Shown here: one piece after another, positions 8,896-17,974 of the stretch
How positions within the stretch are numbered: the stretch's first letter is position 1
How the letters are laid out: every line of letters begins with the position of its first letter
Assembly: GCF_000237865.1 (NCBI RefSeq)
Contig: NC_017459.1
Location: 1,650,001-1,682,000 of the forward strand
DNA from: Haloquadratum walsbyi C23
Lineage (GTDB): Archaea > Halobacteriota > Halobacteria > Halobacteriales > Haloferacaceae
Direction of reading: 5' to 3'
DNA: 32,000 bases
The notes under the pieces: model-generated
What the model was told of the DNA's origin: nothing
What the model saw: the letters and a program-made list of their open reading frames with translations, nothing else
The model's database searches: none
Made by a program: the position numbers and the translations under genes

Positions 8896-9112
8896 AAATC
8901 TCCAAATATTACTTTGGGTGACTCTGCGGCTAATAATTTCATCTGGTGGCTCATTTCGCTTCTTCTTGATACAAAGAATATACAGAATACTGCTATTTGT
9001 GTGGTCATATGCCCATCGTGTAGTATATCATATATTTACACGTAATAGAGAGAGATCAACCGTATGATGGGTATATTCGTGAGTAGCGCTGTAGCCAAGA
9101 TACATCATTGAA

Positions 9113-9530
9113 TTCTACAGGCGGAACAAGGCGAGTGCCTCGGGGCTTGACACCGAGGGTGAAGCCTGTCGGAACAGTTACTAAACCACGTTCCTAGTAT
9201 ATCAGGACAGTCAGAAAACCCAAAAGACGGATTAAAGATCTTAATCTAACGCTGACTGAAACACGATATGGAAATGTGGTGTCTCTCAAGACCCGCGTCT
9301 TCGACGTGGTGAGACGGACACTATCGGGTCGTGGTGGAGCGACCGACCCTCACGGACACCAGCGAGGTGTTCGGGTGTTAATTCCAGCCGACCCCACTCT
9401 CGGGGAAGGTCGAGGGGTATTAAATTCGCCTGCGTCCGTCCGCTCACTTTTCGGGCGACACGGACAAAGTGGTGAAGCCTCGGGGCTTGTCCCCGAGGTA
9501 CTTCACCCGTGGCAGCGGCAAAACACGGTG
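9113..9530 (+). mobile_element. non-autonomous IS200/IS605-type (MITE/PATE-like) element, copy A
   Basis: It has no credible ORF. It shares ordered blocks with 24104-24498 (22/22, 24/25 and 16/16 nt blocks). It has GC-rich sub-terminal hairpins at both ends, including GGTGAAG-CCTCGGGG-cttgt-CCCCGAGG-ta-CTTCACC at 9471-9507. Confidence 0.6.
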
Positions 9531-9588
9531 AATCATATCTTTTGAATCTATCTTAGATATAATATATCAAGATGAACCAGGTGATAGA

Positions 9589-10233
9589 TTACAGTTCGTA
9601 TGTTTTGAGGTGATTAGAAACAGGCGGGTGTTCGCCAACCTCACGAACAACTAATGATAATTCATCGATATTCAGCGTAGGGAGATCAAGTTCTCGATTC
9701 GATTCAAGATAATTAATAAGCTTATCGTATTCCGACATATCATCCAAATATCCAAATGTTAAATGTGGAATGAACTCCTCGGCATCACGATCAAGCGTGG
9801 TTGTTTCTGCGTGCGCACAGAGTCGGCGATTGATATCGCCCAATTTTCCATCATCATCAATTTCTGCATAAACAACATCAGGAAAAATATTAAATTGGGT
9901 TAACGAAATCTCAAAGGGGTCTGTCCGCATTATTTCATATGAGATCATCTCATCAATTTGTTTAATTGGATTATCATTGATGGTCACCGACTCAACCGGA
10001 TCGTCAAAGAGCTTCACTGTCAGATGAAGTATCTCATGTGGGACAGGGTCGAAACATGAAAACTCACTGAGTGTGCCAACAACTCGTTCATATGCTGAGC
10101 AGGCAAATGCATCGCTGACATCAGCAAGCAGCACAAGCCGCTTTTTACTATCGGAGTCATAAGTTGGCGGAGTGATATCACGACGACGAGCCCAGAACTC
10201 TTCGGCTTTAGATGCCATTTCTTCATTATGCAT
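9589..10233 (-). CDS. 2H phosphoesterase superfamily protein (LigT/ThpR-like)
   Basis: Two H-x-T-x motifs (HLTV and HLTF) lie about 88 residues apart in a ~210-aa protein, which is the hallmark of 2',5'-RNA ligase / cyclic phosphodiesterase folds. Confidence 0.6.
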   Translation of the reverse strand: MHNEEMASKAEEFWARRRDITPPTYDSDSKKRLVLLADVSDAFACSAYERVVGTLSEFSCFDPVPHEILHLTVKLFDDPVESVTINDNPIKQIDEMISYEIMRTDPFEISLTQFNIFPDVVYAEIDDDGKLGDINRRLCAHAETTTLDRDAEEFIPHLTFGYLDDMSEYDKLINYLESNRELDLPTLNIDELSLVVREVGEHPPVSNHLKTYEL

Positions 10234-10355
10234 GACGTTTCCCCGCTAAAGAAGATGATTGGGTTGGTGCTGATTCCTGCTGAGAGACGGTTAATTCGGT
10301 ATGATCATGACGAGAGCGAGCAGTCTCGCTACAAGCTACTGAGTTTATATGATAT

Positions 10356-10904
10356 CTATACATGTGGATGTAAGGACAGTTCAGACGACTGTGAATTCTC
10401 CGTACTGGTTTTGTGAAATCGATTATCAAAAACAACTGCAACAAATATGCTCGAATTGAGAGCGCGAGTCATCCAATATTGTATGCGTCGACAAGTATGA
10501 TACAATCCAAAAAATGATGCCATTATACGATGAGTGAATATTCCACATGTGAGATACTGTTCAGCCAATGACCAATTTCTGCGAAATGATTTATATTGCA
10601 TCTCCAACCATATCCACGGTGAGAGCTGTGCATACGCATATCTGTGCGGAGAGCACCACGTATTGGATCGGGAAAATCCGTCCTCAATTGCGGTTGTATC
10701 ATGAGCGAGCAAGTAAACTAATTGTCTAATTATTAAAATATTCGTTCTCATAAACTCGTATATCGATAGTGAGGGATGTATGGAAATATATGCTTGGGTG
10801 TGTGTGAATATGTCATTGGATATAGCGGATCTTGATGATGAGACAACCAATCCATGGATCGCCTTGTTGGAACTCACCCCGTCCAGATACGCAATGTGTC
10901 TCAT
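10356..10904 (-). CDS. hypothetical protein of atypical (non-acidic, Trp/Arg/His-rich) composition; possibly not coding
   Basis: It is the longest ORF in a ~730-nt stretch that looks AT-rich by eye. Its composition is unlike every other protein in the window, and no motif was recognised. Confidence 0.25.
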   Translation of the reverse strand: MRHIAYLDGVSSNKAIHGLVVSSSRSAISNDIFTHTQAYISIHPSLSIYEFMRTNILIIRQLVYLLAHDTTAIEDGFSRSNTWCSPHRYAYAQLSPWIWLEMQYKSFRRNWSLAEQYLTCGIFTHRIMASFFGLYHTCRRIQYWMTRALNSSIFVAVVFDNRFHKTSTENSQSSELSLHPHV

Positions 10905-10964
10905 AACTATTCACTTCAGTATCACTATCACTATCAGAATAATATTGAAACGTATTTGTATGGA

Positions 10965-11344
10965 GTGAACTACCCTGACCTACCGCGCTCGGGGCTATCG
11001 GTCCCTCGCTTGTTGAGGACAGGGCTTCCTGCTTCCATGTCAGAACTTACATCCAACGTGGACACATCGGTTCCTGACTCCACAGGCGACTTCCCTTCAC
11101 GGGCGGTTCGGGGTGACCCACTCCTACCGAACTGACATTCAGCCACAACCAACGGTACGCGCTTCTTGTCGCGCTTGAACACTGTTAAACGCGTGTGAAT
11201 ATCGTACTATCGGCTACGACAGGATCGTAAATATACCGGTGGAACTGTATGAACAGATGATGACGACGCTGTATCCCCGCCCTCGTCCTACTCACTCGCT
11301 TCACTCGTTCCTTGAGGATGTGGGCTTAGCACCTGTATTCAGCT
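10965..11344 (-). mobile_element. non-autonomous IS200/IS605-type element with a decayed TnpB C-terminal remnant, copy C
   Basis: It is collinear with 23061-23447, sharing gggcttcct.cttcca, ctccacaggcg, gggcggttcg, gtgacccactcct and ccttgagg...gcttagc.cctg. The minus-strand ORF 10970-11182 reads ...GKSPVESGTDVSTLDVSSDMEAGSPVLNKR. Confidence 0.6.
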
Positions 11345-11396
11345 AACATCGTGCATTGAGATCTTGAGTAATGTGTATTATGACAAAATGGGTAGT

Positions 11397-11480
11397 CTTG
11401 GCTTGATAAGGCTAAGAACCCTTCCTCAAGGAGTCAGCTTCGCTGACGAGTACGGAGAGGAAGGGGATAGCCGTACACCA
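11397..11480 (+). mobile_element. solo left-end fragment of the same element family, copy E
   Basis: The sequence cttggcttgataaggctaagaacccttcctcaaggag... aligns with the reverse complement of the upper ends of copies C and D (ttggctgatagcaggcgctaagcactctccctcaaggag...). It has a nested hairpin, CCTTCCTC...GTCAGC-ttc-GCTGAC...GAGGAAGG. Confidence 0.45.
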
Positions 11481-11589
11481 AACATAGCGTTGATTAACAG
11501 AGAAGAAATATCAAAATATCAAAATGTGTGTATTATTATTATTGACAGTCAACACAGATTGATAATCAGTGAATTGAAAGTTAGTCTAA

Positions 11590-12744
11590 TTAAGACCAAT
11601 CAGCCTGCTTATAGATCAAATCACGTTGGATATTATTCGCACCTTCATAGATAACTGGAACGCGAACATCACGATATATCCGAGAAATTTTGTTCTCCTT
11701 TAGCACTGATCGTCCTCCGTATAGTTGCATGGCGCTTTCAGCGCAATTGACAGCAGCCTCAGTCGCAGTCGTCTTTGCAAGAGCGGCCCAATATCCAGGG
11801 TTATTATTCTCTGTTACATGTTTGGCTGCCCGCCAGGTCAGTGCTCTGGCGGATTCAAGTTCCATTCGCATCTCCGCAAGGTCGTGTTTAACTGCCTGAA
11901 AATCACTAATCTGTTGATCCCAGGCTTCTCGGTTATGAACAAATTGACTTGCCTCCTCGATTGCTGCTGCGGCTAATCCAAGACCATGTCCGGCAACGTC
12001 CACCCGTCCATGATTGAAAAACTCCGTTACTATCTCAAACCCATCCCCGACGTCGCCAATGAGATGTGAATCCGGAATCCGACATTGATTGAGTGTAATG
12101 TGTCCTTGTTTTGAAGCGCGGTATGCCATCTTTTCTGGGATATGCTCAACGGTGTATCCGGATGCGTCAGTCGGTAGGATAAATAGTGAATAATCATCAT
12201 ATCGAGTATCTCCGTCGCCAGTTTTCGCATACAGAGTCAGCCAATCAGCTTCAACTGCGTTTCCAACCCAGTATTTCTCACCATTTAATATCCACTCGTC
12301 ACCGTCTTTTTCAGCGGTTGTTGTCATCCCCGCTAGGTCGCTTCCAGAGTCGGGTTCAGAAACTGCCAATCCTGTGATTTGCTCATTTTCAGCGACTGGG
12401 CGGACATATCTTTCATTTTGCTCTGCTGTTCCGTGTTTGTAAATAATATCTGTTCCGAAACTCGCAAGTTGAAGTGTGAGTGCAATGCTTGCATCAGCCC
12501 GATAGAGTTCTTCATATATTGCTAATGTCTGTGGTAAGTCGAATCCACGACCACCATACTCCTCAGCGATATCCTGTGCAACAAGGTTTGCGCTCATCCC
12601 AGCTTCAAGTACTTCCCATGGGTATTTGCCGGACTCATAGTATGTCTCAGCAGCAGGTTCAATATGTTCGATTGCAAACTCCCGAGCTTCTTGCTTGACT
12701 GCCCGCGCATGTTCAGGGACGATGGATGCATCTAAAATATTCAT
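11590..12744 (-). CDS. acd: acyl-CoA dehydrogenase
   Basis: At 384 aa it has the typical ACAD layout. It contains LAVSEPDSGSDLAGM (the FAD/substrate loop), YWVGNA, and a C-terminal QLYGG....E..ISRIYRD...IYEG motif. Confidence 0.9.
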   Translation of the reverse strand: MNILDASIVPEHARAVKQEAREFAIEHIEPAAETYYESGKYPWEVLEAGMSANLVAQDIAEEYGGRGFDLPQTLAIYEELYRADASIALTLQLASFGTDIIYKHGTAEQNERYVRPVAENEQITGLAVSEPDSGSDLAGMTTTAEKDGDEWILNGEKYWVGNAVEADWLTLYAKTGDGDTRYDDYSLFILPTDASGYTVEHIPEKMAYRASKQGHITLNQCRIPDSHLIGDVGDGFEIVTEFFNHGRVDVAGHGLGLAAAAIEEASQFVHNREAWDQQISDFQAVKHDLAEMRMELESARALTWRAAKHVTENNNPGYWAALAKTTATEAAVNCAESAMQLYGGRSVLKENKISRIYRDVRVPVIYEGANNIQRDLIYKQADWS

Positions 12745-13126
12745 AGTTCAGTATTATTATCAATGTACAAAAATATATGTAATAGATTATCGTCAACATA
12801 TTTTGATGTCCCATAGAGCGACATTCGCTATTCATGTATAAGAGATATAATTGTCAGCTCTTTGATGTGCATAATAATCTCTCAGAAGAAAGAGTCACTA
12901 TGACTCTCCTGCGCTCAATGGAGGGTCAACGATCATGACCGAATTGTGATTAGTGGTGTGGAATCCAATATATGGACAATAATCTTCATGTATATCAGTC
13001 GGTCCCTATAATAAATTCTTGTCTCTACGAGAGAGCGGGTTCGAGTTGTCGCCTTGTCCGACTATTGTCTCATATCAGGCAGTGAACGCGGTCAGTTTTT
13101 GTTCTATCGTCTATTTATGATAGTAG

Positions 13127-14620
13127 ATGGTAAGCCATCGAGACGGGAGTGAGATCAACCTACTCGACTCATCAATCCGAACGACAGGTGGAGCATTATT
13201 TTCAACGACGGTATATGCACTTAGTGGAATTGTCTATGCTGCTGTTACCACGCCATCTGTCGCTGGAACGTACTTTTTTATTGCAATTGGTATTGCGCTC
13301 GTGTTGCGACCAATAAAGGGAATCAGTCAGACACTTCAAAAAATCGGAAGCGAGCAGGGTGAATCTGTCAGTTCGTATTTCGGTCTCACGATTGTATTCA
13401 CGGTCGGATATCTTACTATCATACTTGGCGGATTCATGATTCCACCACTTCGGCGAGTGCTGATTGAATCGACAGCATTTGCTCCATCATTGGTGATTCC
13501 GGTGATTCTACTCGCAATCTCAACAGCGTTATTAATGATTACACAGAGTCTTGTTGCTGCAATTGGCTATCCAAGCGCTGGAACGTGGATTACAGCGACA
13601 AAGGGGACACTGCAGCTCATTATTTTACTCCTTTTTGATGGGATATTCACAACACCTGCAGATCTCATTATTGTCGTTGTTGGGACACGAACGTTTGTCA
13701 CAGGTATTGTTATCATTGCTATTCGAACTGCTCCGACGGTCCCGACCCATCGTGAGTTGGCTCGTGCATGGGGATTTGCAAGATGGAGTATTCCGGATCA
13801 GGTCCTTGATCGATTTAGTTACAATATGCCCGTATATGTTCTTGGCGTAGTCGCAACTCCTGCAGCTGTCGGTATCTATGAAACCGCAGATCGATTCGCA
13901 GACTTTGGGGCAACAATTTCTTGGCGGCTTGCATCGCCACTGCTCACGAAGGTAAGCGGTGATGCTTCCGCCGGTGAGTCTGCATTTGCATACTTAGATG
14001 GGGCTGTAACTGGCGGAACGGGAGTTACTTTTCTTGTTCTTGGATATCTGCTCGCTGGGCATGATATGATCGCTGCGATTGCATTTGGCGGGACAGCTGT
14101 TGGGTCCTTCTCAACGACGGCACTGATTGTCGGGGGAATCAATATTTTTCGAGGGTTTTGGACCCTATCATCGCACGCAATGGAGGGGCTTGGCTACCCG
14201 AGTGTGAGCTTTCGAACAAAGGCATATGGGCTTATTTTCAGTGTCCCAATTACAGCATTTTTCGGGGCTCAAATGGGTGCCGTAGCCGGGGCGATTGGCT
14301 ATGCGATCATGAATCTCGTGATCTTTGCTTATGTTATTTATTATGCGCGACCTGTGCTTGGTGGGGTTCCGCTCGATGCCTCACTGGCAGCGAAATTAAC
14401 CGTCGGAACGATTATTTCAACACTTGTAACGACGGCGACAATAGAACTGCTCAACAGGCTTGGAAGCACTCCAGGTGTAACTGCGGTCATAGCTGCCGTG
14501 ACAACGGCAATTATATTCACTGGATTTTTGATGACCGTCTCTATCGGCACTCGTCGGGCAGTTCAACGTGCATATGATATTTATATCGGCGATGCACGAT
14601 CATTTGCCAGCGGGCAATAA
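13127..14620 (+). CDS. polytopic membrane protein, possibly a MOP/Wzx-like flippase
   Basis: The 497-aa protein has about 12-14 hydrophobic helices throughout. The functional assignment rests on size and topology only. Confidence 0.6.
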   Translation: MVSHRDGSEINLLDSSIRTTGGALFSTTVYALSGIVYAAVTTPSVAGTYFFIAIGIALVLRPIKGISQTLQKIGSEQGESVSSYFGLTIVFTVGYLTIILGGFMIPPLRRVLIESTAFAPSLVIPVILLAISTALLMITQSLVAAIGYPSAGTWITATKGTLQLIILLLFDGIFTTPADLIIVVVGTRTFVTGIVIIAIRTAPTVPTHRELARAWGFARWSIPDQVLDRFSYNMPVYVLGVVATPAAVGIYETADRFADFGATISWRLASPLLTKVSGDASAGESAFAYLDGAVTGGTGVTFLVLGYLLAGHDMIAAIAFGGTAVGSFSTTALIVGGINIFRGFWTLSSHAMEGLGYPSVSFRTKAYGLIFSVPITAFFGAQMGAVAGAIGYAIMNLVIFAYVIYYARPVLGGVPLDASLAAKLTVGTIISTLVTTATIELLNRLGSTPGVTAVIAAVTTAIIFTGFLMTVSIGTRRAVQRAYDIYIGDARSFASGQ

Positions 14621-14959
14621 TATCGGTCTAGTATAATATCATTCATGTCATAAGCAAAAATCGATATGAAATCTATGCGTTATCACTCGTTTAGATGAGA
14701 GGAATATCTCACATAGGTGAGCGATCAATTGGCTTATTGAGTTCTTTCCGCCGTTGAAATCGCAGATTCAAATATACAGTGATGATGTATGTTGCTTGGT
14801 ATGCCGAGCAGTATCGTCTATAATAAATTGACAGTTGTTTTTGAGCCCTCTTCTATCTCATTCAGTATTGAATCGGTGATAATTATAACAGATAAATTAT
14901 GTATTTACACATATAGACGTCCGATACTCTCTTAACGTCATGTCTGATGTATTCACGTA

Positions 14960-15421
14960 ATGACAGTGGAAGCGGTAAGCGCTGGAGCCATCCTCTTCCG
15001 CGACACTCGCGACCAACGGGAGTATTTACTTCTCAAAAGCCGACCAGGTGATTGGGAGTTTCCAAAGGGCGGGGTCGAAGGAGAAGAGGAGCTCCAGCAA
15101 ACAGCAATTAGAGAAGTCGAAGAAGAAGCCGGCATTGAGGATTTTCGCCTTGTTGATGGCTTTCGGAAAGAGTATGACTACATGTTTGAAGCGGGTGGGA
15201 GAACAATTCATAAAACGGTTCATCTGTTCATTGCACACTCCTTCGAGGCAAGTGCAGAACTTTCGAATGAACACCGGGATCTCCAATGGCGTGATTATCA
15301 GCAGGCACTGAATACAATTACACAGGACGGTCCGCGAGAGATTTTTGAACAGGCACATGATTATTTAGATGAACTGGCTGCGAAAAATGCCAACCGTGAA
15401 CGACCGACATATCTTCCATGA
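14960..15421 (+). CDS. Nudix hydrolase (Ap4A-hydrolase-like)
   Basis: The Nudix box GGVEGEEELQQTAIREVEEEAGI fits GX5EX7REUXEEXGU. Confidence 0.85.
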   Translation: MTVEAVSAGAILFRDTRDQREYLLLKSRPGDWEFPKGGVEGEEELQQTAIREVEEEAGIEDFRLVDGFRKEYDYMFEAGGRTIHKTVHLFIAHSFEASAELSNEHRDLQWRDYQQALNTITQDGPREIFEQAHDYLDELAAKNANRERPTYLP

Positions 15422-15671
15422 ATTTCATCTCAACCCTCATGAGCTCTGTTTCAGTTCATTTATATACAGATTTAGGGGTGAAAACTGTCTGATATTCCCT
15501 GTGCTGTGGCGACTATCCCCGTGATTCCCAGTTTGAGTATCACTCGCTGCAGCTAGTCATACTTGATATCACGAGATGATACCCCGACTAACCCGTCTCA
15601 ACTAACGGAGCTAAATTCCCCGTATCCAGGTATAGAAGTCTTGACCCGAATATTTGCTTAATTGAACGAAT

Positions 15672-16940
15672 ATGTATGAATACCCCGGTGATGCTGAGTT
15701 TGGATTTGAGCTACTTGTCTGCCGGTGGGCTGAACAAGAGTGGCCACCACGCGATACTGAGATTGATGCTGGTGATGATGACTATGCAGTTATTATTTCA
15801 CGACAGCGTGGAACCAGACACCGACGATGGGATACGATTGTACTTGAGTGTGACCCAGCAGGACTCAACGCACGAAGGCAATTTGGTCCACAGACACTCG
15901 ATTCAGACCTCTTGCGTGTTGTCCGGTGGGCACCGGAAACGTGGACATGGTACCGTGATGCAATCCCGCAGCCTGACTTTCCGTGGCGATACGTTCGAGC
16001 AGCAGTGCATCGAGCTGCAGATCGAGGGATAATAAATACCCGTCGACAGGGAAATAGAATCGAGATTAAACGAGTCGCAACATATCCACGATGGCTCCGA
16101 CGTATCATTGCAATCGAGAACAAGCCAGATCTTGATGCGAGCGCAGCCCGGGCTCTCAGCGATCAATTACAACGGGATGTTGATACTGCGCTTGCGGATG
16201 AGGTCTGGGTTGCAACGACAGCAACGAACAATGAGGTTGAGCCCGTGTTACTCAAGGATCTTCCGGCTGAGGTTGGAATACTTACATTCGATTTCGATGC
16301 TGATGCTCATCATACGGAATGGGCTGAGGCGTCGGTTATATGGCATCCAACAAGATTGAATCCGACGACTACCCGAAATGTATCAACGCATGGAATAACC
16401 CCACAAAAACGGGAGAAAGAAACAGAAGCATCACGTATGCAAGAAGATGCGATGCACAACTCAGCATCTGGTTCGCAGACCTCCGAGATAACGACCGCTA
16501 TTGACTCTGATACGAATGAAGTGATTAATACCGAACAGTATCGTCAGCGATTGATACTCGCTGAGCGTGCGTATGGAGCGGGATGGCGATCATATCACGA
16601 GACAATGCGTCCTGACTGTCGACACTTCGAGATTCAACGATTTGGTGATGGCATTATCCCATATTGTGCTGCAAAACAACGATCACAGACCGCCGCAGAA
16701 TGTGCTGGTGACTGTTCAGAATTTGAGCCAGAGCCACCGAACTGGCGGATGCGTGGATGGCCACTCGATGGGGGTCCCGGAGCTCGAATCAAAAAGTTAC
16801 TCGCGACGCGTCGTGAGCGCGTGCGAGAACGCGAAGTATCGGATTTGAATCCAAATTCAACTCAGCATTCATCTTCTGCGCCAGTTGATACTTCGATAGC
16901 AGATAATAACAGCAGTGAAGAGAACAGTCAATCAAAATAA
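15672..16940 (+). CDS. conserved-looking hypothetical protein with a possible nuclease-like N-domain, wHTH-like insert and 4-Cys cluster
   Basis: It is a long clean ORF of 422 aa. Candidate acidic/ExK residues are E13, D54 and IAIE149-N-K151. The Cys residues are C316, C332, C343 and C347, and the tail is acidic. Confidence 0.65.
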   Translation: MYEYPGDAEFGFELLVCRWAEQEWPPRDTEIDAGDDDYAVIISRQRGTRHRRWDTIVLECDPAGLNARRQFGPQTLDSDLLRVVRWAPETWTWYRDAIPQPDFPWRYVRAAVHRAADRGIINTRRQGNRIEIKRVATYPRWLRRIIAIENKPDLDASAARALSDQLQRDVDTALADEVWVATTATNNEVEPVLLKDLPAEVGILTFDFDADAHHTEWAEASVIWHPTRLNPTTTRNVSTHGITPQKREKETEASRMQEDAMHNSASGSQTSEITTAIDSDTNEVINTEQYRQRLILAERAYGAGWRSYHETMRPDCRHFEIQRFGDGIIPYCAAKQRSQTAAECAGDCSEFEPEPPNWRMRGWPLDGGPGARIKKLLATRRERVREREVSDLNPNSTQHSSSAPVDTSIADNNSSEENSQSK

Positions 16941-17064
16941 TTCGTTCGCCACTTTTGAGACGGAGTTTTGAAAATACATGCGTATCTTAAAGTACCACGG
17001 ATCGGGTGAGCTATGAAACTCTCGTTGTGTTCTTTGGATCATAAGAGGCATACTCAGCAGCAAC

Positions 17065-17745
17065 TCAATTAACATCCTCAAATTCCGTCTCAATCTGTTC
17101 AAGAGTGTCTGACTGAACAGCGTCAGTATCAGTGTCGAGGGTGGAATGTTGGCTCGTATCTCCCGTATTTGCCGTCGGCTCTGAGTGAGTGTTCACGTCT
17201 GTGTGGGCTGAGTTCACATCTGCTGCGTCGTCTATGTCTGACTGCTGTGTCTGTTCAACATCAACCATATCACGGGAAGTTGCTAACTGAAATGTTGGGA
17301 CAGTCCGATAAACAACTGTGACCACATCTTTTTGTCGGAGACTCTGTAATGCAGCTCTCACATCTTCGACAGATGGGTCGACATCAAACTCCTCTCGGAC
17401 ATCGTTGAGCACAGAGACGACGCTCTGTGATCGATCTTCAGGTCCGGCGAGTACAGTAAACACGCGTACGTGGAGCTCTGGAACACGAATAATTGATGGA
17501 ATACCGTCATTATCCTCGCTTCCCTCAACACCAGGAGCAACGTCAACGAGTTCTGCTGCGTCCTCAGTCGCACGGATAAGACTGTTATCATCACGATAAT
17601 AATATTCGCCAAGTTCTGACTCGAGATACTGATGAATCTCACTTCCGGAATCAATTCCCCAGCGCTCCTGTAATTCTTTATTTTTTGTCGGTTGTAATTG
17701 AACAACGTCTGCCAATCGTTTTTTTGCTTGCTTTGAGAGGACCAT
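17065..17745 (-). CDS. hypothetical acidic protein with an N-terminal wHTH-like region
   Basis: It is a clean 226-aa ORF. The N-terminus KQAKKRLADVVQLQPTKNKELQERWGI looks HTH-like, and the C-terminal tail is very acidic and Thr/Asp-rich. Confidence 0.65.
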   Translation of the reverse strand: MVLSKQAKKRLADVVQLQPTKNKELQERWGIDSGSEIHQYLESELGEYYYRDDNSLIRATEDAAELVDVAPGVEGSEDNDGIPSIIRVPELHVRVFTVLAGPEDRSQSVVSVLNDVREEFDVDPSVEDVRAALQSLRQKDVVTVVYRTVPTFQLATSRDMVDVEQTQQSDIDDAADVNSAHTDVNTHSEPTANTGDTSQHSTLDTDTDAVQSDTLEQIETEFEDVN

Positions 17746-17974
17746 ATCAGCGGTTATACACCCGATTTACATAAATACGAGCGATAAATGACAATAAATC
17801 AATGTTAGGTATCGACGATGCGAATGATCGGTATGTGATCGCAATACATCATCAAGTTGGCATAAACTACTTCATTTGGCTCAGGAGAATCAGCGCAAAG
17901 AAATCACACAATGGTTTGAGTAACTGACTGGGATTATAACAACTATTAGAAGGGACCCACACAAGGGGTTTCAT

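Noticed and set aside
9276-9545. ORFs inside the repeat elements (9276-9545 +, 10970-11182 -, 11364-11654 +, 23115-23303 -, 23382-23573 +).
   Set aside because: They fall within non-autonomous element copies. Reading frames are not conserved between copies: A and B shift frame after LSGRGGATD. At best they are decayed TnpB C-terminal remnants, not functional genes.
10228-10444. Small ORFs 10228-10416 (+) and 10226-10444 (-) in the AT-rich cassette.
   Set aside because: They are short and mutually overlapping, with no motifs, and the region may be non-coding altogether.
14776-14790. A GTGATGATG box-C-like motif in the 14621-14959 spacer, which raised the possibility of a box C/D sRNA.
   Set aside because: There is no CUGA (or CCGA) D box, no terminal pairing and no second box pair within a plausible 50-80 nt, so the motif alone is not evidence.
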